Assembly: GCF_006345805.1 (NCBI RefSeq)
Contig: NC_042999.1
Coordinates: 115,072,001 to 115,136,000 of the forward strand
Length of the DNA stretch: 64,000 nt
Direction of reading: 5' to 3'
Source: Octopus sinensis
Taxonomy: Eukaryota
The notes beneath the pieces are model-generated. The model made no database searches. It saw only the letters and a list, made by a program, of their open reading frames with translations, and was not told the origin of the DNA. This document shows positions 54,277-64,000 of the stretch, in pieces. Numbering within the stretch: the first letter of the stretch is position 1; every line of letters starts with the position of its first letter. A program made the position numbers and the translations under genes.

Positions 54277-57200
54277 CTAAAAAATAAAGTATAAATAAAA
54301 TGTAGTAAGATGCTTTCCAACATATTACAGTATTCTCCAAATACATCAGTGCAGCCTTGAGATTAAAGTAATAAATTTAGAACAAGCTTCTTCAACTCCA
54401 TTTGATTTTAATAATGTCCACTTTTTAAAAAACATCTGGCAAGATAACACAGCTGAAATATCACTAAAATCATCCTTTATAAAATGCTTATATTGTTAGT
54501 TCTTAAAGATCTTGAAGAGCATTCAGCACAAAATTTTTTTTCTTTTTACAAAACAATGACTCATATCAAAAAACAGACAACTGCCAATGCATAAACCTCA
54601 ATGGGTTTATTGCTCTATAGGAACCTGAACCAATTATATATAATGTCCAAAGATATTTTCAATCAGTCCCACAAAGAGATTAAAAATAAAATAAGGAAAA
54701 TTAATCATTGAAATTACTAGTTAGAGAATTGTTACTACAACATTAATAAGTTTGATGACAATTTTAAATTGATCTTAAAAAGTTATGTCAATGATTATAA
54801 TTAAAATAAATGCTTTAATAATGCTTAATAGCATAGTGGGATACAAACTCACAATCCTCTTAGCTAATTAAATTAGAAATAAAAAAAACATACAAGAAAC
54901 CTTCAAGATTTCATTAGTGTTTTTTGTTTTCCCAGTAAAGTGCGAACAAATACATACCCCCGATGAAAAGATGTATCAGTATTTCCACCAACTGGTGATA
55001 TATCAGTAGGATTAATACACAATGTCCCAGCAGTACCAGCTTCAGTCAATCCTGAAATAAGTAAAAAGTTATCTTAAGACAAAATGACACATCTAGATAA
55101 TAAAATGTGCAAGAAAGCAGCAACAAATAAGATATCGTATGATTTTGCCTTCACTTAGAATTTTTATTTTATATCATTAAAGGCACAAGTACATAGTTTT
55201 TAATTCAGTCCCAAAGGGTGGCACCTTGGACAAGTGTCTTCTATTATACCCCCCAGGCTGACCAAAGCCTTGTAAATGGATTTGGTAAACAGAAACCAAA
55301 AGTGTGTGTGTTTGTATATATATATATCAATATCTACGTTTCCAGGATCATCTGGATCACATGAGCTAGTGTGTGTGTGTGTGTGTACTTGTGTGAATAA
55401 GTTTGTATTTCCCTTGTTTTCATGTGTCCACTGATTGTAAACAAAAGCATGTCCAGGATTCTTGATATGTTGCATGATTCTAGTAAACATAAGGCTTGTT
55501 CATATTGTGTTATTTGTTGCCAGTTTCCCATGTAAAACATCCAGGTTGTTTGTTGTTTGACAGACTAGACTATTACCTCACTTAGAAACAGATTAAGAGT
55601 GGCATCTAACTGTAAAAAAAACTTTGCCCAAACATACCCTTATCAGATCCATGTAAGCATGGAAAAGTAGACATTAAAAGATAGATATTTAGTTTCCATT
55701 TACACTTTCTTATAGTTTACAAAAATTACTTTTACAGTAAATGGGGAGCAATTTTGTGTAGACATTCTTTCCTAAATTAGAAAAGAAAATTGGATTACAT
55801 TTCCTCCCACCCTAAGAAATTTTAACATGTCAGTTAAGATTTCTGTAATCCTCTAGTTAACTTCCTACCCATAACAATACAGATCACATTAGATCAATGT
55901 TCTAAAAGCAGTTTTAACATTCTAACATTTTACAATTAATACTTGTACATATTGGTATATAATTCTAGTCTAATAGATCTAATTCTCAGAGGCAGTGACA
56001 TGTGACCAAGACCTTTGGCGATATACCATGCTGGTGTTGACCTGTCAAACCAAGTGAGACCATAGTCATGGCTGATGCCGGTGACAAGTCAATGGCACGT
56101 AAAAAACACCCACTACTCTTGGAGTGGTTGACATTAGGAAGGGCATCCAACCATAGAAACCTTGCCATATCAGATTGGAACCTGATGCAGACACCTGGCT
56201 TACAGCTTTCAGTCAAACCAGCCAACCCATGCCAACATGGAAAGCTGACATTAAATTATGATGATATCAAAACAATATATTCAGAGACGTGATCACTTCT
56301 GGAGTGATTTCATTTCACCTAGCTCTGAATTATATTGTTTTGTTAATGTTACACATCTTTTAATCTTTTAGTATTCTAACTGGTCATATCCAGCCAAAAT
56401 GTTTTACCTGTTTTATGCTCAAACTGGCCAGATCTGGCATCTCAGATCTACCCCATAATGTCATTGTAAATATAAGCAGTCACATCAAAATCTCACAGCT
56501 ACAACTTAATGCATAATAAATTCAAACAATATGAATAAATAAGTATTACATTTGCCAGTAAAGGCACAAGGCCCAGTGATTAGAGCATCGGGCTCACAAT
56601 CATGAGGTAGTGGGTGTTCAATTCTCAGACCAGGTTGTGTGTTGTGTTCTTGCTTAAGACACTTTATTTCTCGTTGCTCCAGTTCACTCAGTTATAGAAA
56701 TGAGTTTTGACATCACTAGTGTTAAGCTGTATCAGCCGTTGCCTTTCCTTTCGATAACATGGAGAGCAAAGACTGGTATCAATGGGCGACTGCTAGTCTT
56801 TCATAAACAACCTTGCCTGGACTTGTGCCTCAGAGGATAACTTTCTAGGTGCAATCCCATGGTCATTCATGACCGACGGGGGTCTTTACCCTTTACATCT
56901 GAAAGAGATACCTGAATGCTAATAGGTTAAAGGAATTTTTCTGGATGATAAACTCCAGCTCCTGATATTTAAACAACATACGTATATTAATTATGTGGGA
57001 ATGATAATGTTTACATTATAGGGCTTCTATTGCATAATCTGCAACAATCTTATATTATGCATGTCAGAAGATAAAAAGAAACGATCACTGCTGAAATCTA
57101 TGGTCATAAATTGGTTTTCTTGATTGTATGACTGTAACAGGGAATAAAGCCAATGCTAGTATGATCAGTGTAGGACCATAGATAAGTTATAGCTAGCTGA

Positions 57201-60200
57201 AACAAAACATTTTCAAACTAACAATTTGGAAATGTAAGAATATATTTACTTAACTGACACTTATTACTACTTTACTAACAATACATTAGCAATTCCCTGT
57301 CCCTGAACAGCTTAAATTCACCCTTTCCCGAGGAATGGCTCTACGTTCCAACCACATCATTCCAGGTTCAATCCCATTGCATGGCACTTTGAGTGTCTTG
57401 TACCATAGCCTCAGGTTGGCCAATACTTAAGAGTGAAATTTTGTTAATAGAAACCAAGTGTCAGACCATTGTCTAAGTGTCAATGTGTATTAACAAACCA
57501 CGATTAAAAAAAAAAACCCTAAAATTTACAAAGAGAAATATCCTACAGTATTTAAGCCAATAAAATTATCTCGCTTCATTGATTTTGCATTTCACAACCT
57601 ATGAACATACAATAAATACCCAAGTACTAGAGCCAACATAATCAAAAAGACCCAATCAAGATACTGAAGCATAGCCAAAGAAAATATCCATGATTAGTCG
57701 CAGGGCCCTCAGAGTTTGGTAAGAGAAAGGGATGAAACCACAAATCAAGGGTTCTAGTGGTAGGAAGCAACACATGAAGAAATTGAGTTATCTGCAGCCT
57801 CTCAACAAATCCACCATCTAAGAACAGGTACAGTCTGATGGATTTTCAGTTTCCATATATACAACATCACTTAGGTAGCCACAAAGGGTATGGTAGAAGA
57901 GTATTACCCTCTTGCTCTGACACCTTTTTACCACTATCTCTTCTGTCTACCCTCTGGTGCTGGTAAACAAAAAAAAAAAAAAAAAAAGGTTAGAGTAGAA
58001 AGGGTTCTTTAACTTTACCAGAAGGAAGACAAATTCTTGAATGCTGGTGCCATAATAAAACATTCAGTACACTTTGTAAAACAGTTGGCAAATAAATGGG
58101 GACTTTTATTTAATCTTGCCATGGTTAAACCAACATCTGTAGTGTTAGAGTGACAATATAATTCACTCAGTATTGTGGGTGAATTTCATTGAGATACTGA
58201 ACCTATAAAGTGGTTGATGAAATAATGGAGATAACACAGAATAGAGAGGGCCTTTAACCCATTAGTGCCCAAATTTTTTTATTTAATTTATTATCAAAAA
58301 TTATAAATATATATAAAAAAAATTTATTACAATATTTGAAAGACACTCCAGTCTTGATGACTAACTAAAAATATCTCAGAAAAATACAAGTGTTGCAGAT
58401 ATATGATGGATTATCCTTCAGGTCCTAAAAAAAAGACCATAGGCACTAATGGGTTAATGAGAATATAACAAATCTTTAGTGTGAGCCATGATAGAATGCA
58501 TCCAATAAAATTACTGGCAACAGAAAACATGCCAAAAATGGAAAATCCAATGCAATATACTTCTCAAATCTTCTAGCCAGTCCCATCCAAACCATTTCAG
58601 CATGACAAAGTAAACATAACATAATGATGACAACAACATATTATTACCGAATCAACATTATTTTTACAGCATTTATTCTTTACTTGTTACTAATGGTATA
58701 AAAACTGACAAAAATTGAAGCATCCACAAGTATTTGTTTGTGAACGAGTTAAATATTTCTTAAGGAACAAATGGTGGGCAGCTTGTTCAGCTATTAGGAC
58801 TTATAATGTTGCAAATACTATAAACACTATCAGAAACATCTTTGCTTACCAGATAAGACTTTTAAATACCACAAAAGTAAAATTAAAACACTTAACATCT
58901 GAGGTAACATTCTTAAAACAAATGAAATCAATGAAACACATTACCATTCTTTTTTGAGAAAGATTAACAGATTTAAAGTTGTAGTGTAGAACATCGAAAG
59001 CATAAGCTCTACAAATCTTTTGAAAGAAACAATGTATCAAAAGAATAGCCATTAAATTAAACCATGTAAATTTATTAACATATTCTTAGAAAATAAATTG
59101 CTACTACAACAACCTCCTTCATAGAAGCCCTTAAATCTGACATGATTATTTTGCAGTGGAAGAAACAGATAAAAAGAGTCTTTGCGAAACTGGAAATTTA
59201 AAAGGCACTGTATTTAGGTGCAGACATGGCTATGTTTAAAAGCAGTCTACTTCCCAATCACATGGTCCCAAGTTCATTCCCACAACCCGGCATCTTGAGC
59301 AAGTGTTTTCTACTATAGCCCCAAGCCAAACAATGGATTACGAGTGAATTTGGTGGGCAGAAACTGAAAGAAGCTCTTTGTGTGTGTGTGTGTGCACTGG
59401 TGTCTCCTTGTCTTGACATCACATGACAGTTGTAAGTGAGTGTCACTGTTATCCAAAGTGATGTCATTTATTTCCAATATTCTGTGAGAACATGGACAAA
59501 CAATGGGAAAAATATTACCATGACTAGAAACAGGTGAAGGATGGTGATAGGAAGGGCATCAGGCCATAGAAAATCTCCCTCCAACCCATGCAAGCATATA
59601 AAAATGGATGTTAAATGATGATGAAGATGATGTATTACAATTTACATTCAATCAGAGCCAATAAAATGTATCAACTCCAACCCCACTACACTGGGCTTGT
59701 TCTAATCACCATAACTATAACCTTGTAAATTTTTTTACTTCTAATGTGGGAAAAGTTCTGTACTGCAAATATCTACAACTGCAATTCAAATGATGTCATT
59801 TGGAGTTGAAAACCAAGCACTCTTCTGAATGAGAAACAGTTCAGCTTCTTTTTAGAAAGAGCTTTGTCAAAAGATTCCTGTTTACAGCATATGTCTATTC
59901 TTTGCATTTTTTGAGTAAATTTCTCTGGGTATTTTCCTCCTTTGATTTTCAAACGTAATGACTGTTAATACCTCAAGGGATGAGTTAGAATTCAGGGATT
60001 GGACTCCAATGAGTGATATTCCAGTGTCATCTATAAACACGAGGGAAGTAATATCAGGATTAGTCATAATGTAGTTCATACTGCAATCATGCTGTTGATA
60101 CTGTATAGTAAGAATTCAAAACTTCGAACAAAAACTTTTTAATTCACTGATATATTTTAAACGTAGGCCTCTGCATACTTACAGTTGGGTTATGAGAAGA

Positions 60201-62796
60201 GTATAGTTATTGTGATAAAAGTTTTAAAAAAAACACTAATTTGTTGAGCTTTACAAAACTTTTGAATAATTGAGATGAAGGCTTATCTCAGAATTTTTTC
60301 TCATAGGAGTTGTGTGAGTCTAATTGGAGCTCTAATACAGCTCTGAGAAAAGAAATCAATGTCTCTGACTCAATATATCCTCTCAATATATGTGAAAGCA
60401 ACTACAAGTAATCAACTTCACTGTATTCAACCTACCTTAGCAAGTAACATGGCAACAGGTAAATACCAGAGTTACAATGTACACCAACAATCATTATATA
60501 TCAGCCAATTTCAGAGAAATTTACAAGTTATGATTTATTGGACAAACTGCATTTCATCAAAATTTCTAGTTTCTAACAGGACTGGGAGATTTGTATAGTT
60601 TCCATTTGTTGTACTTTCTATTACAGTATGATACTTAAAAGGGTGGAGTTAGCCCCATATCCAGCCCACAAGCTGTTTTCAACTGGCCTTTGCCTTGAAA
60701 CCTACAGACTGTATGATCCCCATAAATATAATCTTCAGAATCACAGAGGTTCAAAAGCTTTACCAGAGGAGAAACACCACTTGGAAGGCAGAAAGAACGC
60801 ATGTGGAAGAATTGATAAAAACTGTATAAATTTATGTTCAGAACCAACTGTCGTATATGGAACAATGACAAAAACTGTTTAAATTTATATTTAACACTAA
60901 TCATTCACTATTATGTTATTGTTTTAACCCTTTAGTGTTTGCATTTTTCTGCCAAAATTAATCCTTTTTTACCCACATTGTTTTGAACTAATCATGCATT
61001 ATCTTGTAGCTATGAGATTTTGATGAGGTAGCTGTTAATTTTTAAAATGATATTGTAGGGTTGGTGTGAGAGACCAGATCTGGCCAGTTTGAACATAAAA
61101 CAGACAGAATACTTTTGTCCGGATATGGCCGGTTTAAATGCTAAAGGGTTAAAGCTACTGTAGACCTCAACAAAAATACAAACATGATTAATGAGAAATT
61201 TAAGTAATTCCTATATCTCCTCAGAATGATCAGAAAGTGGAGCATGTCCATAAATTTGCTCATCCTATCACAGGACATACAGAAAAAGGAGAATTATCTA
61301 AGAATTACAATAAAAAGTAGATTTATATTTAGCATTAACTATTAACTACATTCTTGTTTAAGAAATATTTTTTGTGGTTATTGTTGGTTCAGGTTTGTAT
61401 TGCTATTGAATATGCTCATGAAGTTATCTTCAGAAGTACAAAATTTATTTTGATTTTCCATAACTGAAGGTGGTAGAAAATGGGCTGAAACTGTCCATGT
61501 TTTAAAATTACTATTACTGTAACAATAGTATTGTTAAACATTATTGATATCATTCATAATTTGAGTAACTTCAATTATTTTACTTCATACTGAAGTCTCT
61601 ATGTAGTCACTGAAGTTGCAACAAATTGCAACCAAACCTCATCTCCTGAAACCCTTCCTATCTTAAACAGCAATATAAAAAAAAATCATAGAATGATAGA
61701 ACCACAACCTTTCACCAAAACACAGTAATATAATAATACAAACATGAATAACAACAATACAAAATAACTTCCAACTGCACTTAAAATAGTACTTATGGCA
61801 ACATAAAGAACAACTTCAAAAGAATATAATGTCAACAGAAAGTGAACAAGAAATGAAGAGGTTTAAAAGATGGAAACAGGAACTAGGTCACATTGAATGA
61901 GAAACTGGATTGTTTGATAAGAGTGAAAAGGGTTAAGAGCCAATGAAAATGCATTGCAAAAAAAACATTTTGCTGACTATATCAAACAGGAACTGTAAAA
62001 ATGTTGCTATTCATCCTAATACATGTGAAAATTACATATATACATATACCTGTATACACGTGTGTGTGTTATTATGAGAGAATTCTGGAAGTTTTGATGA
62101 TTTTTTGTCTGAGTCAGCAGGTATTACAGTATATTTATCAATATATCTATTTTACTATTTCCAAATTCTGCCAGCATTAACCTTACCTTACATCCATCTG
62201 CGGTTGATAAAATAAGTACCAACCAGAAACTGAGGTTGGTTTTCATCAACTATACAATTCCCCAAACTTTGAAACCTTGCTTTCATGTTAGAAACCAATA
62301 TCATTTTACTTACCATAGTGCAAGTAAAACGATAAACATAGAATGAAAATACAAAAACAAAATTTTAAACCAAAAAGTGAGTTTTCTTTCCTTCCTTTAC
62401 AATCCTGCCCACCTTTCAAAGACCCGACAGAAGAAATCATTGACTCTGGAAATACTTTCTGAAATGTAATGATAAAGAATCTAAAACTCATTACAACCAT
62501 CTTTCATAATGGAAGTTGGAAGGAAATCAATGCAAATTTTTGTAATTTAGTAAAAAAGATTTACTTCAAAAATTTAGAAAGAAAGCATATACTTGCTCTC
62601 TTTAGAGATTAAAGCAAATTTAAAAAATGTCAAGTCAGTGATAATTTCAATTTAGTTACCCTTAACATAAGGCTCTAAAGCTTTTGGCACCATATTCACA
62701 GCCTTTTCTAAATCTTCTGCCATACCCATGCGCTTGAGAACTTCAATATCATCATGGATCTCAAATGTGTTGTCGAAAGTAAAAAGGTATTCACAT
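54066..62796 (-). CDS. TFDP1: Transcription factor Dp (E2F dimerisation partner), last three coding exons; 5' part lies beyond the window
   Basis: Exons 62796-62660, 55051-54958, 54276-54066 join in frame. [34 protein letters not shown] is the DP signature; ends in VETP plus an acidic tail. Confidence 0.93.
54958..55051 (-). CDS. TFDP1: Dp penultimate exon
   Basis: tttcag|..[30 protein letters not shown]..|gtatgt; phase 1 to 2. Confidence 0.85.
58258..58453. mobile_element. piggyBac-type MITE
   Basis: TTAA-CCCATTAGTGCC..GGCACTAATGGG-TTAA. Confidence 0.85.
59217..59630 (+). mobile_element. SINE with family A head and RTE-derived tail
   Basis: tRNA/CORE-like head; tail AGGAAGGGCATC..CCAACCCATGCAAGCAT..(GAT)n; similar copies at ~55205-55690(+) and 40290-40625(-). 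Confidence 0.75.
60928..61148. mobile_element. piggyBac-type MITE
   Basis: TTAA-CCCTTTAG..CTAAAGGG-TTAA; partial copies at ~29760-29835, 37910-38093, 56360-56930. Confidence 0.85.
62660..62796 (-). CDS. TFDP1: Dp exon (marked-box region)
   Basis: tcatag|..[45 protein letters not shown]..|gtaact; phase 2 to 1. Confidence 0.95.
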
Positions 62797-63643
62797 CTAT
62801 GAAAATTAGAAATAAAATCAGGACTTTTTTTTAGACATAATATTGAAGAGCAAATAATTAAATTACAAAACTATATCTTTTACATTCAAATCCATTGCTT
62901 GCAAGCTGCAGAAAATTTGGTCCAATTGCTTTAATACATACATTCATTTTTGTTTCACAAAATAGACAGCAACATCCAATGCTATAAAGTTTGCCCCTAT
63001 GTTAGCCTTAACAGAGCAGACATCTAATCAAAGGTATTCAAGCTGTGATATTTTCTTTTTTCCATAGACTCAAAAAAAAAAAAAAATTCTGAGAGATAAG
63101 TTGAATGTTTTTTTTCTCTTTTTTTTTTTTATTATAGCACTATCAAAATCAAGGATTGTCCAAATCACTTTCGTAATAGAAAAATATATTCCTGAGTCCT
63201 ATGCAAACATTTATCCTTTGCAGTTTTCCCTTTTAATTAACCAACAATGGTGGTTTTTATGTCAAATGCACACTTGTGTATACACTGTATTTTTGTTGGG
63301 AATAAAAATCCAATATATGGTACAGGGCATCAGTTCTGGTAAAAATGTTTAGAGTTATTAAGTTTATGTTTAAGCAAAAACAATATAAAATTCCTAGACT
63401 AAAAAAAAATTACAAGGATGTATCCCATCTCCTGAAGCACAACCTAAATGACACTATCAGATTTTTACAATAATAGGAATTTACATAGTTGAAGCAATTC
63501 TGTTGCTTCATCACAACAATGATGTATGTAATGCTGAAAACACCTCTAAATCATTGTCACAGTGAGAAGCTGGAAAGGAGCAGTGAGAGCAAAGCAAGAG
63601 CATAGGACCTAACATGGAATAAAGTGAAGGCATTTTATATATA

Positions 63644-63705
<62 letters not shown>

Positions 63706-64000
63706 ACAGGATGCATAAGGTATTTGAGGACATACCTTTTTGGGGTCATTGCTGCATTTTTTGCTCTGTATAATCTTTCAGAAAATAATAACTAGACCCT
63801 CAGCTTACTTAAGAAATGAAGAGGCATGCTGTTATTGTGGTTGTAAAGGCTGAGCATAGAGACTTAGAAATATCTCAAGTTTTAAAAGTTGCCAGATCTT
63901 TCGTCAACAAAAGCAAGAGAATGAAGATGGAAACATGAAATCGGAACACCTGAATTTATCCAGTCCATTGATTACAATCCCAGAAAGTTCATGAGGTCAA

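Noticed and set aside
59972-60100. AG/GT-bounded 129-nt open segment in a Dp intron
   Set aside because: Open only in phase 0; the intron is phase 1, giving an immediate stop, and there is no Dp similarity.

Overview
AT-rich eukaryotic genomic DNA packed with microsatellites, tRNA-derived SINEs, MITEs and decayed LINEs. The repeat content resembles an octopus/coleoid cephalopod genome (inference). Manual exon assembly gives two convergent genes. On + is a complete 14-exon IQCB1/NPHP5 gene (16181-43207, 1791 nt, 596 aa, all introns GT-AG). On - are the last three coding exons of the E2F partner Dp/TFDP1 (62796-54066), apparently followed by a ~7.5 kb repeat-depleted 3' UTR. Most ORF-track entries are microsatellite or SINE noise. 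Highlights: a ~500 bp intronic palindrome with a decayed Penelope-type hammerhead ribozyme in each arm; a second long fold-back; a 5'-inverted RTE LINE; a SINE and its likely partner LINE sharing one 3' tail; a 10-aa deletion in a conserved Dp segment; a candidate recursive splice site; and a CpG-decay boundary at the start of the gene body. Comparisons with human proteins and exon sizes are from memory and need checking.
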